Source: Heptranchias perlo (lineage: Eukaryota). Taken from it: a stretch of 64,000 nucleotides of DNA. The stretch covers positions 117,862,001 through 117,926,000 of the forward strand of contig NC_090327.1 of NCBI RefSeq assembly GCF_035084215.1, written 5' to 3'. The notes beneath the pieces were generated by a model. The model searched no databases. It had not been told where the DNA came from and saw only the letters and a list, made by a program, of their open reading frames with translations. Position numbers and translations under genes: made by a program. Every line of letters starts with the position of its first letter. Position 1 is the first letter of the stretch. Shown here piece after piece: positions 24,871-37,520 of the stretch.

Positions 24871-25806
24871 AACAACTCTTACCTGAAGGTCGCTGGAACA
24901 TTAGCAGCAACCCAAACTTGAAGTTCTCTTCACCGGCGGGCTCTTGGTGCTTCGCTGGGAATGGTGAAATGAGGCCCGAGGCCCAATACCTGGAGAGCCT
25001 CAGGCCTCACCATTCAGGCACGGGCAGCATGGACTACACCCCCTCCCCATGCGCCCAAAAATGGTTGCGGCCCTGTTCCTAGGCCAACCTATTCCCCTTC
25101 AGGGATTTTTTCTTCCTGCTCGTTAAACACCTCACCTTCCTGTCTAAAATTACAAATATTTGTTTCTTGTGTAAAGTGGATCTTCACGTAGAAATAAAGC
25201 TTTTATTGTGAAATGATCTTCCACACATAAATGGGCCTCCCTAGAAGGGGAGGAGACTGATGGTCAGTTTTAACTGTCTTTCTGCTGGTACTTTTCATTC
25301 TAGAGTTTTAAATTACGCTCAGTTCACTGCAAGTGATGTTCAATAGACCCGAGCCTCTTGGAGCAAAGGAATATATACGAACCTGGGAGCTTCTGATCAT
25401 CACGGACTACTCTTCAGCAGCACGAAGCAAAAGAAATATATTTCACAGGAGGCAATTGAACAAATGGTTTGTACTGAACTTTTTGCACTGCAACAGGAAA
25501 GGAGAGTTACCTGCTTTCTACTAAAAATGGAAAATAGCACAGAAGGGTCTGTGAAGCAAAAGTACTGACACCAAAAAAAACCACTTGTGTAAAGACTGGC
25601 TCCAGTATAAAACTGGCTCCAGTATAAACCAGCTCAGGTTTCGTGTTAATATGCTGCTGCTGCACAGAAGAGAAAAGCAGTAAATCCCTGCTAGCCACTT
25701 CATGAAGGAGCGGATAGAAGATACCTTATTGAATGGAAGAACTTTTAACATGAATGTAAAAGATATATTTCAAAGGATGCAAGAGAATCGTCGTTGCTGA
25801 GGAGTA

Positions 25807-25809
25807 ATG
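25807..25809 (+). CDS. GASK1A: Candidate GASK1A first coding exon (ATG only)
   Basis: gtaATG|gtatga at the end of a ~500-bp non-repetitive block; phase 0 to the acceptor at 29480; in-frame TGA just upstream. Confidence 0.4.
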
Positions 25810-26117
25810 GTATGATTTTATTACTCTTATCAAAGTGTTTTGTACATTTATTTTGAAGTATAGAAACACTCAGCTCAATCTTCCAAGACAAATGCCATTC
25901 ACAATCTATCTCAGTGCAGTTACCTGTGAGAGAGTGAGGCAAAGATTCACAACACATAGCCCTGGCTCGGAACTCTGAAATTCGATGCTGTACCTTCAGT
26001 CCAAGTCCCAGCAGGAGGACAGAGGGATGTTAAAACCATGTCGTGGAGTCATAGAAAGATGTGCTGCACTGCAGTATTGATTCCAGTAGATAGATACTTT
26101 GTTTAATCCAGGTAAAA

Positions 26118-26425
26118 GTGTCAGCTTGGCTCAATGGGTGCACTCGTGTCTCTGCAGCACAAGATTGTGGTTCAAGCCCCACTCCAGGACTTGAGTACAT
26201 AATCTAGGCTGACACTTCAGAAGTGCTCTGAACAAGTGTTGCATTGTCAGAGGTGCTGTCTTTTGACGGAGAGGTTAAACCGAGGACCTATCTGTCTGGT
26301 CAGATTGAATGTAAAAGATTCCATGGCACATTTTTTTGAAGAGGTGCATGGAGCTCTGCCAATGTCCTGGCCAGCATTCATCCTTCAACCAACACCGCCA
26401 AAACAAATTAATTCATCTTATTGTT
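26118..26425 (+). mobile_element. SacSINE1/DeuSINE-like SINE, 3'-truncated
   Basis: tRNA-like A/B boxes (tggctcaatgg, ggttcaagccc) followed by the same central domain as 42524. Confidence 0.75.
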
Positions 26426-26437
26426 GTTATTTTTATT

Positions 26438-27362
26438 ATTTAGTAATGGAGAAAAGAAACTGGGGGTTAGTTTTGCTCTGCGGGAATAGTGGATGGTTTT
26501 AGCAGAGGAGAATGAGACCCTTGATGTGGTCCAGCCAGAGCTGTTGATGGATGGCTAAACCAGTTGTGCGGCAGAAACGCTCAAATCCACACCCCTTGGA
26601 CTTGAGGGAACAAAAATGGGGCCATACGGAGGAATAATATCATTTACACATGAGGTCCACATCAACAGATTTTCCTGGGCCTGTACCCAGGCACATTGGA
26701 TTACTTGGGTGCAGCAAATATCAGAAAATCAGGCAGGTTAAAGTGGATTCTTGTAAAGGAATCCGCCCGATTTAAATGAGCAGAAGGAAAATCGGGCAAG
26801 GTCCATTACAGGGGTGTGCTCCGGCCTGGCCAGTTTTTTGATACTCGCTGCTCTCTGGTGATCCAGTGCACCTGGGCACAGACCCAGGAAAATCTGCCCT
26901 TTAATACACTGCAACCCTTAACAAAAATGTACTTTTAAGAGGTGGTCTCTGGAGATAGAATGTGGGATTCCCAAATCAGGTACAGAAGTTTGAATCCCAG
27001 TATTGACTTTAGCAAAGAGTGGCACAGACATGATGGGCTGCATGGCCTCCAATGTGCTGTAAACATGTACTTTCATTGTGTAAGTGCTGTCAAATCATGG
27101 CCATGGTGTAGATGATGATGTGGCAGTGAATGTGCCATCTTGGAGAGGAGGAATAAATTATATTATTCCTCGGTATGGCCCCATTTTTGTTCCCTCAAGT
27201 CCAAGGGGTGTGGATTTGAGCGTTTTTGCCGCACAACTGGTTTAGCCATCCATCAACAGCTCTGGCTGGACCACATCAAGGGTCTCATTCTCCTCTGCTA
27301 AAACCATTCACTATTCCCGCAGAGCAAAACTAACCCCCAGTTTCTTTTCTCCATTACTAAAT
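26438..27362. repeat. 203-bp inverted duplication (arms 26438-26640 and 27160-27362)
   Basis: Arms are reverse complements with 3 mismatches by eye; ~520-bp spacer. Confidence 0.9.
26666..26899. mobile_element. Short hairpin-type MITE
   Basis: CAGATTTTCCTGGGCCTGTACCCAGG ... CCTGGGCACAGACCCAGGAAAATCTG, extended imperfect inverted repeat. Confidence 0.6.
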
Positions 27363-28765
27363 GTTTCCTTAAACCCCATCTCCCCTTCCCCCTCCACCAT
27401 TACCTCCAACAACAAGTGTAAGAAGCTCATGGAATTCTAAGATTGAGACCATCTTGCTTCTGTCTCTGCTGCCTTCTAATCTTCCCCGTACCCTCCAACC
27501 CAGATCTCCCTTCAGCAACCCCTCTGCCCTAGCCCTGAACCTGCATCTCTCTAGTTTTTCTCCTGTCTCCTCATGCTTTCTTTGAGCTCATTTTGTCCAC
27601 GGCAGCCATCCCCTGCTCCCTTGATCCCAGTCCCACTAAACTGACATTGGAAATGGTTCCCTCTCCTCAGGTAGTGACACTCTCCCTTTCAAAACCACCC
27701 TCATCACCCCCCTTCCTCAAAAAAAACTCCTGACCCCTCTGTTATTGCAAACTACCACACCATCTCCAACCTCCCTTTCCTCTCCAAAGTTCTTGAACTT
27801 GTTGTCGCCTCCCAAATCCATGGTCATCTTTCTCGCAGCTGCACGTTTGAATTTCTCCCATCAGGTCTCCGTCCCTGAAACAACACAGAAATGGCCCTTA
27901 TCAAAGTCACAAATGACATCCTCTGAGACTGTGACTGTGGTGCATTTTCCCTCCCTGTCCTCTCTGCAGCTTTTGACATGGTTGACCACATCATCCTCTT
28001 CCTCCAATGCATTTCCTCCGTTGTCCGGCTCTGCGGGATTGCCCTCACGTTGTCCAATTCTTACCTATCCAATCGTAACTAGAGCAATGGCTTGGGGTTT
28101 CCCCCAAGTTTTTTCCTCAGTCCCTCCCCTTCCTCCTCCTCCTCATTTAAATGCTGCCCTTCAGTGACATCACCTGCAAACATGGGGTCAGCTTCCACAT
28201 GTACAGGAACGACTCCCAGCTCTACCTCTCCACCACCTTTCTCAATCGCTCCATTGTCCCTATGTTGTCAGACTGCTTGCCCGATATCTAGCCTTGGATT
28301 AGCTACATTTTTCTCCAGTTAATCATTGGGAAGACCGGAGCCATTGTTTGGCCCTTGCCACAAACTCTGTACCCTTGCCACTGATTCCATCCTTTTCCCC
28401 AGCCATTGTCTCAGGCTAAACCAGACCGTTTGTGATCTCGGCGTCCTATTCGACCCCAAGCTGAGCTTCCGAACCCATATCCTCTCCATCATAAAGACCT
28501 GCTAATTCCACCTTCATAATATCAGCCAAGCCCCTCCACCCCTGTCTTAGCCCATCTGCCGCTGAAACCCTCATCCATGCCATTGTCAGCTCCAGACTTG
28601 ACTATTCCAATCCTCTCCTGGCCGGCCTCTTATCCTTTACTTTCCATAAACTCCAGCTCATCCAAAACTTATCCTATCCTTCACCAGGTCCCAATCACCC
28701 ATTATCCCCTTTCCTTGCCGACCTACAGTGGCTCCTGGCCCCTCAACGCCTGCAGTTTAAAAGTC
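27160..28765 (+). mobile_element. Degenerate L2-type LINE ORF2 fragment
   Basis: Fragmentary RT motifs (NYHTISNLPFLSKVLELVVASQ, SAAFDMVDH, SRLDYS) with many indels. Confidence 0.75.
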
Positions 28766-29037
28766 TCAGTTGATGCTTAGCATTTTTCTCTGTCGGACTG
28801 TTTCAAAGAAAAGTCCCAAAATTGTTTCTGGAGAAAAAACATTTTTTCCTCAGCTGATGGTTTCTCCTGAAACCTATTTGTTAATACCAGTTGCTTATGC
28901 AACAAGAGCAGCTGAAGATGGCTCGCCATCATGGGGAGATGTTCCCAACTACTCAAAGCAATTTGATTCAAGGCAACAGTGTTCAATTATTAAGGTTAAC
29001 ATTTTAGAACAAAATCTAATTTGTGAACAGTGGGAGT

Positions 29038-29250
29038 TAACCCAGAGAGTGGTTAGAATGTGGAACTTGCTACACTCGATGTAGTTGAGGCGAATAGTAT
29101 AGATGCATTTAAAGTAGATAAATACATGAGGGAGAAAGGAATAGAAGGATATGCTGATGCGGTTGGATGAAGTAGGGTGGGAGGAGGCTCGTGTGGAGCA
29201 TAAACACCGGCATGGAACAGTTGGCCTGAATGGCCTGTTTCTGTGCTGTA
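29038..29250 (+). mobile_element. CR1 3' end fragment
   Basis: cccagagagtggttagaatgtggaac...ggcctgtttctgtgctgta, same as the 18790-19000 tail. Confidence 0.7.
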
Positions 29251-29479
29251 ATTAGTTACTGCTTGTTTTATGTGATCAACAACATTTCTATGTTTTGCTG
29301 AAAAAATCTCCGCAGTTTTCACTAAATGGTTTCGTAAAATGAACTAATATTCACTGCATTTTCCATCAACCCTTTCCAGTAGCTTGTAGTAATGAGGATT
29401 GAGATTTTTATGAAGCTGTGCAAAGATAGTCCAATTTTGTTGAAATATTGTTTTCCCCCCCACCGCCCCTTCCTTCCAG

Positions 29480-30967
29480 GCACCCAGATTTTCATTGAAG
29501 AGAAGGTTAAGGAAGAAGCCTGTGGTTGTCTGCTGTTTCTTCACTGCCCTGTCCATGGTGGTGATAAATACTTTTCCATCTCTTCATTTTGACGACAATA
29601 TATCTGGCCTTGATTATCGAGTCCCCAGCCAGCTATATGGAAAACTCACTCGGCAAAGAAGATTGTGGAAAAACGCTGGCTCCTTCCCCAAGCAAACAAA
29701 TATCTTCTACAGACACGACAAATTACTACCAATGGAAAAAAGTCATCTAAAGAGATGGCTTTCGAGTGATAAACCACACAGCTACATGCAGCCATTTCAA
29801 AAGCAGTACAGCTATGGAGAAACGTCCAAAGATTCCAGCGCATCAGAAGAAACAAACAAACTGCCGCAAAAAAGGCATAAAATTAGAAAGATATCGCTGC
29901 CTGAAGTTTTAAAAGGTCAGATGCAGGAAGTCAACAAGGATGCTGAGGCACGTCGGGTGGCAGGGTCTCAGAAGAATGTCCCCATATGTTATCAGTCCTC
30001 AGTGGAAAAGGCCATTTTACAAGCTCGTAAGCCTAATGGGAACACAACAGCAATCCAGGATGCTGGGAAGAGGTCTGAAATATCCTCTATTTTGAATTAT
30101 ACAGCAGATATGAAGGACGTGCAGTTCCTGCAGCCTCACTGTAAACCAAACATTCGAAGCACTGCTGCTAAAAAGCAAGTTTCACCACAATTTAAAATTC
30201 TTTCAAAGCAGAACAGAATGCTTATTCAGAAGGTATGGGGCAATGAATATATGGGACCTGGAAAAATACCATTCTTTAACAGTGCAAGCGTAGATTTTTC
30301 CTTGATAAACAATGGGAAAAGTGAGCATCAGACTACTTCACAAACAAGCAGGAGGATAACTGAGCCTAAGCCATGTGATGGTATTGAAACAAGTCTTCCA
30401 ATTTCAGATGTAGAAAATAGCATTCGGTTTCGTGAGAGTCCTCCACCCTGGTTTGACTCGAGTGACATTGAGAAGATGAAACTGTTGGCTACTGGTTCAG
30501 TGATTGCAAAAGCACGGATACCAGCTCATGGGCAAGTAATCAAAGTAGGTCTAAGCTTCCATTCTCCCATTGTGATCCATGACCTCATGGGTCATTGTCA
30601 AGAGGGATTCTGTGGCCTGATAAAGCGGCCTAGTGACCTTCACGAAGTCTTAGCATTTCATTTGGACAGAGTGCTGGGTCTAAACCGGAGTCTTCCTGTT
30701 GTAGCCCGAAGATTTAGTGATGGATTGCTCCCATACAGGTTCACAGACGGAGTGGCCAGACCAGTTGTTTGGTGGGATACAGACATTCAACATCTGGATG
30801 ATCCAAACAATGACCAAAATTCATTTGAGCTGAGCTGGTTTCAATACCAGGCTGTGCTGCGCCAGCAGTGTGGCAATAGTGATGTTCCCGAGAATCACAC
30901 TGTGCCCTGCCTTGGTGTAAAACACTCCGAGTGGGGCAAGTTAGCTCTTTTTGATTTCCTGCTACAG
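29480..30967 (+). CDS. GASK1A: Golgi-associated kinase 1A (FAM198A), large coding exon
   Basis: ccttccag|[29 protein letters not shown] (basic + hydrophobic signal/anchor) ... PPWF...[10 protein letters not shown]...[24 protein letters not shown]...DQNS...[13 protein letters not shown]|gtaaga; 1488 nt, phase 0/0; RPL14 and GASK1A are both at human 3p22.1. Confidence 0.93.
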
Positions 30968-31599
30968 GTAAGACTTCTTTTAAGTGTAGAGCTAATTTTC
31001 AACAACTTTTAACAAACTTACACTTGGAAAGAACAGATACGGCGGGTAATTTTACAGGTTTCAGTGAGAAGGCTTGCTTTGCCAGGAGGGTATATTGGAA
31101 ATGCAGGTAAGCAGTTCCCATGACTGTGGGATCATTCATCTTAATAGTTGGAACATTTATGGTGCTTGAATTTTTGATTATGCCCCAGCAACGGATATTC
31201 GTAAAATCATCTCCATAAAGAAAGAACTTGCATTCATACGTAGCATCTTTGTAAGGCAAAGTTGTGCAGGGTGCAGCTCACCACCACTATCCTATAGACC
31301 CTAGCCAGACTATATTTCAGAGCACCCCAAGGCCAATCCAGGTGTGCCAGGTACTGGTCATGGGTCATGTGACTGCATATTAAGTCAGTGTCCTATTTAC
31401 ATCATAGGACACCAATTTTGCATATTTACGAGACCCTGTGGTGTGGGCCTGACATACTGCCTGAAACAGGCCAGTTAAACTGGCAGCAGGCGGGAGTATG
31501 GCGAGAACCCAGAGAGGGGGGAAACGCTGCCTCTATTTAGACTCTCACACGCCTCGTTCTCATCGGTTGTGGGGGGTGAAAATCGTCCCTATAGGTTCA

Positions 31600-31870
31600 C
31601 ACTGACACACACACGCGCATTAACTCACACACAGACACTCTCACACGCATTAACTCACATTGACACACACACTTACACTCACTTACACATGCATTAAGTC
31701 ACACACACCCTCACACTCATTAACTCACACATTTACACTCTCATACTCACACATGAACTGACACACATATCACACACACAGACACCCTCATGCATTAACT
31801 CACACTGACACATACACACTTACACACTTACACACGTGCATTAACTCACACACACCCTCACACACACAAA
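31600..31870. repeat. CA-rich low-complexity/degenerate tandem repeat
   Basis: Recurrent gcattaactcacacac / acacac motifs. Confidence 0.8.
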
Positions 31871-31875
31871 AACAG

Positions 31876-32910
31876 TTTTTTTTTATTCGTTCATGGGATG
31901 TGGGCGTCGCTGGCGAGGCCAGCATTTATTGCCCATCCCTAATTGCCCTTGAGAAGGTGGTGGTGAGCCGCCTTCTTGAACCGCTGCAGTCCGTGTGGTG
32001 AAGGTTCTCCCACAGTGCTGTTAGGAAGGGAGTTCCAGGATTTTGACCCAGCTACGATGAAGGAACAGCGATATATTTCCAAGTCGGGATGGTGTGTGAC
32101 TTGGAGGGGAACTTGCAGGTGGTGTTGTTCCCATGTGCCTGCTGCCCTTGTCCTTCTAGGTGGTAGAGGTCGCGGGTGTGGGAGGTGCTGTGGAAGAAGC
32201 CTTGGCGAGTTGCTGCAATGCATCCTGTGGGTGGTACACACTGCAGCCACAGTGCGCCAGTGGTGAAGGGAGTGAATGTTTAGGGTGGTGGATGGGGTGC
32301 CAATCAAGTGGGCTGTTTTGTCCTGGATGGTGTTGAGCTTCTTGAGTGTTGTTGGTGCTGCAATCACCCAGGCAAGTGGAGAGTATTCCATCACACTCCT
32401 GACTTGTGCCTTGTAGATGGTGGAAAGGCTTTGGGGAGTCTGGAGATGAGTCACCCGCCACAGAATACCCAGCCTCTGACCTGCTCTTGTAGCCACATTA
32501 TTTATGTGGCTGGTCCAGTTAAGTTTCTGGTCAATGGTGACCCCCAGGATGTTGATGGTGGGGGATTCGGCGATGGTAATGCCATTGAATGTCAAAGGGA
32601 GGTGGTTGGACTCTCTCTTGTTGGTGATGGTCATTGCCTGGCACTTGTTTGGCGCAAATGTTACTTGCCACTTATCAGCCCAAGCCTGGATGTTGTCCAG
32701 GTCTTGCTGCATGCGGGCACGGACTGCTTCATTATCTGAGTGGTTGCGAATGGAACTGAACACTGTGCAATCATCAGCGAACATCTTCATTTCTGACCTT
32801 ATGATGGAGGGAAGGTCATTGATGAAGCAGCTGAAGATGGTTGGGCCTAGGACACTGCCCTGAGTAACTCTTGCAGCAATGTCCTGGGGCTGAGATGATT
32901 GGCCTCCAAC
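31876..32910 (-). mobile_element. CR1-group LINE 3' portion with A-rich tail, copy A
   Basis: ORF 31939-33006: QGSVLGPTIFSCFINDLP...FADDC...VRSVMEYS; tail AATAAATGCTGG...GAATAAAAAAAAA. Confidence 0.88.
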
Positions 32911-33303
32911 AAGTTGGGACAATCCAGCAGTCCACTTTTTAAAAAAAGTTGTGGGAATATTATTGGCCAGTGTAAATAGGAATGCCCGGTGCCTCTTACA
33001 ATCCACCTCTGTGTACCTCCTGGATTCTTTCTCAATGAGTTTAGGTCTTTACTAGAAACCAGTGCAGAGAAATCTCCAGCTTGTGCGTCAGTGACTGGAG
33101 ATAATGGGTTGAATTTTCCTGTTGTTGGCAGTATTGTGGTGGGGTGGCTTGGGCCTGACCCCTTTGACCACACTGTAACCCTGACCCACTCTCCTGGGTC
33201 GGGGCCCATTAGGCGTGAACTCGACGGGATTCCCCAACCAATGAGAAGAGGGCCCACCCGCTGCAAGGGCAGAAAGGGCTGGCGGTGCTCCAGCGAGACA
33301 TTC

Positions 33304-34760
33304 CCTTTTTTTATTCGTTCATGGGATGTGGGCGTCGCTGGTGAGGCCAGAATTTATTGCCCATCCCTAATTGCCCTTGAGAAGGTGGTGGTGAGCCGCC
33401 TTCTTGAACCGTTGCAGTCCGTGTGGTGACGGTTCTCCCACAGTGCTGTTAGGAAGGGAGTTCCAGGATTTTGACCCAGCGACGATGAAGGAACGGCGAT
33501 ATATTTCCAAGTCAGGATGGTATGTGACTTGGAGGGGAACGTGCAGGCGGTGTTGTTCCCATGTGCCTGCTGCTCTTGTCCTTCTAGGTGGTAGAGGTCA
33601 CGGGTTTTGGAGGTGCTGTGGAAGAAGCCTTGGCGAGTTGCTGCAGTGCATCCTGTGGATGGTACACACTGCAGCCACTGTGTGCTGGTGGTGAAGGAAA
33701 TGAATGTTTAGGGTGGTGGATGGGATGCCAATCAAGCGGGCTGCTTTATCTTGGATGGTGTCGAGCTTCTTGAGTGTTGTTGGAGCTGCACTCATCCAGG
33801 CAAGTGGAGAGTATTCCATCACTCTCCTGACTTGTGCCTTGTAGATGGTGGAAAAGCTTTGGGGAGTCAGGAGATGAGTCACTCGCTGCAGAATACCCAG
33901 CCTCTGACCTGCTCTCATAGCCACAGTATTTATATGGCTGGTCCAGTTAAGTTTCTAGCCAATGGTGACCCCCAAAATGTTGATGGTGGGGGATTCAGCG
34001 ATGGTAATGCCGTTGAATGTCAAGGGGAGGTGGTTGGACTCTCTCTTGTTGGAGATGGTCAGTGCCTGGCACTTATCTGGCGCGAATGTTACTTGCCACT
34101 TATGAGCCCAAGCCTGGATGTAGTCCAGGTCTTGCTGCATGCGGGCTCGGATTGCTGTATTATTTGAGGGCTTGCAAATGGAACTGAACACTGCGAACAT
34201 CCCCATTTCTGACCTTATGATGGAGGGAAGGTCATTGATGAAGCAGCTGAAGATGATTGGGCCTAGGACACTGCCCTGAGGAACTCCTGCAGCAATGTCC
34301 TGGGGCTGAGATGATTGGCCTCCAACAACCACCACCATCTTCCTTTGTGCTAGGTATGACTTCAGCCACTGGAGAGTTTTCCCCCTGATTCCCATTGACT
34401 TCAATTTTACTAGGGCTCCTTGGTGCCACACTCAGTCAAATGCTGCCTTGATGTCAGCGGCAGTCACTCTCACCTCACCTCTGGAATTCAGCTCTTTTGT
34501 CCATGTTTGGACCAAGGCTGTAATGAGGTCTGGAGCCGAGTGGTCCTGGCGGAACCCGAACTGAGCATCGGTGAGCAGGTTATTGGGGAGTAAGTGCCGC
34601 TTGATAGCACTGTCGACGACACCTTCCATCACTTTGCTGATGATTGAGAGTAGACTGATGGGGCGGTAATTGGCCGGATTGGATTTGTCCTGCTTTTGTG
34701 GACAGGACATACCTGGGCAATATTCCACATTGTCGGGTAGATACCAGTGTTGTAGCTGCT
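33304..34760 (-). mobile_element. CR1-group LINE 3' portion, copy B (longer)
   Basis: NYRPISLLSIISKVME...QFGFR...DIKAAFD, GVPQGSVLGP; same 3' tail as copy A. Confidence 0.88.
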
Positions 34761-36474
34761 GAACCTGAAGAGGTGTGGGCGAGTTAAAGGGCCTCAGATC
34801 CAGTGATCCATAGGTCTTTGGAGACACAGTGAGACGCAGAGCAATCAAACCCTGCCTCTCTGTCACCATTAACTTCAGAGACGGCGGTAAGACGCAGAGC
34901 AATCGGACCCTGCATCTCCATCACCATTTACTTGCAGCAGGGCAGTGGAGGTGTGACCGGCCCAAACTGGGCTTCTGGAGGGAAGGAATTATAGGCCAGG
35001 GCTTGAATGCACCCTAACCCTAACCCTTGGAGAGATCCAGGCACCAATCTCAGCCTGAACCCACAGGCGGGCCCGCTTCCTCCAGGATAGCAGGTTGGCA
35101 CGAATGCAATTCTCGGCCTAGAGGTTTGGAAATGTGCTATCGAGGAACATAACATTAAAGATGGCTACCCATTGGAGGCTGGCTGTACCATCAGCACCAC
35201 CCAATTCTTCCTGGTTTACCACCGCTGTTCCCTCTCAATCTCGGGCTGGATAGCAGAAGGAAATTAACATGCCAGGACGGCAAATACTTCAGAATAAACC
35301 ATTGAGAAATGCAAGTAACTTGAGATATTGTTTGCAATTGCCAAGTAACAGCACCGAGACATTGCTAAATGATACGGAACTCATGCAGAAACCAACAGAC
35401 TCTCTGAACAAGACTGTGAAGCTGCAGCTGTAGTGTCAGTGCTGTGATTCATTAAATAGTTTTAATAAGCCATAGGTTGGAAGTAATTCAGTGATTAGCC
35501 ACGACTCTGCACAGCAGACATTAATTACCATGATTAATCATTGAAACAAACTTTCCTGATAATCTAAATGAAAATCTGATGCCCAAACGACAACAGATAA
35601 AAAGCACATGCTTTCTGCCACGGAGAACGTGAACATTTTTGCTCGCCATTCAAGGTGCATGTTATCCTGTTATCTAACATTAGCATAAATGCTTTCAGTT
35701 GTCAAATGGGACTGTTGTCAAATAACAGAGAAATGGAGATACTTCCCATCTCCTCACACGCAGTAAGTGCGCCGTTCCAACTATATATTATTTCAAGAAT
35801 CTTGTGTTTGCACGCGCCTCCTCTCCCAAAAACTCAGCGACCTGTTGTCACGGTTCCGGCCACCGACTCATTCTGAGGAGTGAACAATCATGAGCTCCCC
35901 ATGGACAGAGGCCAGAGTCCAGAGCCATCAGCTTCTTCTGAATCTACAGTGGAAAATTAACCTTATTATTCCTCAGAGCGAGATAAGCGATTGCTTCGCC
36001 TCAGAACTTTCCTTATCCTCCCCTTGTGGTGCCCCTTTCCCCCTTACCTTAGACCCCAGAAACACTGACAGTAGCTGGCTGGCCTGGGAAGGGGCGGGGG
36101 GCTGTTGCCATTTCCCCCCCCCCACAACGATGAACAATTTGGGTGCCCAGGAAGCCACTTTAAACCTCTCCACACCCCAACACTTTCTGTCCTCTTCAAT
36201 TTCGGGGAAGGGTCCAGGCACCAACCTCATCCTGGACCCACAGGTAGGTTCCTCTGCCTCCAGGAACAAAATTTGCAAACGAATTTCTAGGTCTAGAGCT
36301 TGGAAATATGTGATTGAAGAACACAGAATTAAAGATGGTTACCCATTGAACGCTGGAAGTACCATCATATGCCAGCCAGTACACAGCAAGTCACAGTCAT
36401 TAAAGCAGATTACTACTTTTCAAGAATGATAGGCAGTGTCTAAATTTCGTTTACACTTGTTTTTTTGTTTGATC

Positions 36475-36640
36475 AGGTGTAAGAATGTGGAACTCGCTAC
36501 CACAAGGAGCAGTTAAGGCAAAGGGATAGAAGGAAAGGCTGATAGGGTTAGATGAAATAAGGAGGGAGGAGGCTCATGTGGAGCATAAACACTGGCATAG
36601 ACCAGTTGAGCCGAATGTCTGTTTCTGTGCTGTAGTTTTG
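36475..36640 (+). mobile_element. CR1 3' end fragment
   Basis: aagaatgtggaactcgctaccacaagg...gtttctgtgctgta. Confidence 0.65.
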
Positions 36641-36896
36641 ATGTAACTCGATTTTTGATACGTGCAGAAAGCCATCACCATAGAGAAATTCACTTAAGTA
36701 GGGTTTCAGTTTGCCTGACGTGGAGTCCGCACTCTCTCCTTGTAGGGATCTCACTTACCTGAGCGGAGAATTTCCGCACGAGGTGGCAGAGCCAAGGCTT
36801 AGGGTGTGCATGGGTACTGGTAGCGTTTAACTAGCTAAAGCCCCGCACAGAGCACTGGTAATCTTCCCACTGCTTGTCCAACTCGGATCACCCTAC

Positions 36897-37520
36897 AACA
36901 ACAACAACTTGCATTTATATAGCGCCTTCGACATATTAAAACGTCCCAAGTTGCTTCAAAGGAGCGTTATCAGACAAAATTTAACACCGAGCCACATAAG
37001 GAGGTATTAGGTCAGGTGACCAAGAACTTGGTCAAAGTGATAGGTTTTAAGGAGTATCTTAAAGGAGGAGAGAGAGGTAGAGAGTCAAAGAGGTTTAGGG
37101 AGGGAATTCCAGAGCTCAGGTCCTAGGCAGCTGAAGGCACGGCCACCAATGGTGGAGCGATGGAAATTGGGAATGCGCAAGAGACCAGAATTCTTAGAGG
37201 ATTGTAGGGCTGGAGGAGGTTACAGAGACAAGGAAGGCCGAGGCCATGGAGGGATTCGAAAACAAGGATGAGAATTTTATAATCGAGGCGTTGCCAGACC
37301 GGGAGCCAATATAGGTCAGCGAGCACAGGGGTGATGGGTGAACAGGACTTGATGCGTGTTAGGATACAGGCATCAGAGCTTTGGATGAGCTCAGGGTTAT
37401 GGAGGGTGGGAGGCCGGCCAGGAGAGCACTGGAATTTTCGAGTCTGGAGGTAACAAAGGCCTGGATGAGGATTTCAGCAGCAGATGAGCTGAGGCAGGCG
37501 AGACGGGCGATGTTACGGAG
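36897..37520 (-). mobile_element. L2-type LINE 3' end
   Basis: LADLYWLPVWQRLDYKILILVFESLHGL; (caa)n-cttgcatttatatagcg tail. Confidence 0.85.

Noticed and set aside
29495-31012. ORF-track 505-aa single-exon protein starting at TTG 29495
   Set aside because: The real boundaries are splice sites (acceptor before 29480, donor after 30967); the final [14 protein letters not shown] is intron read-through.
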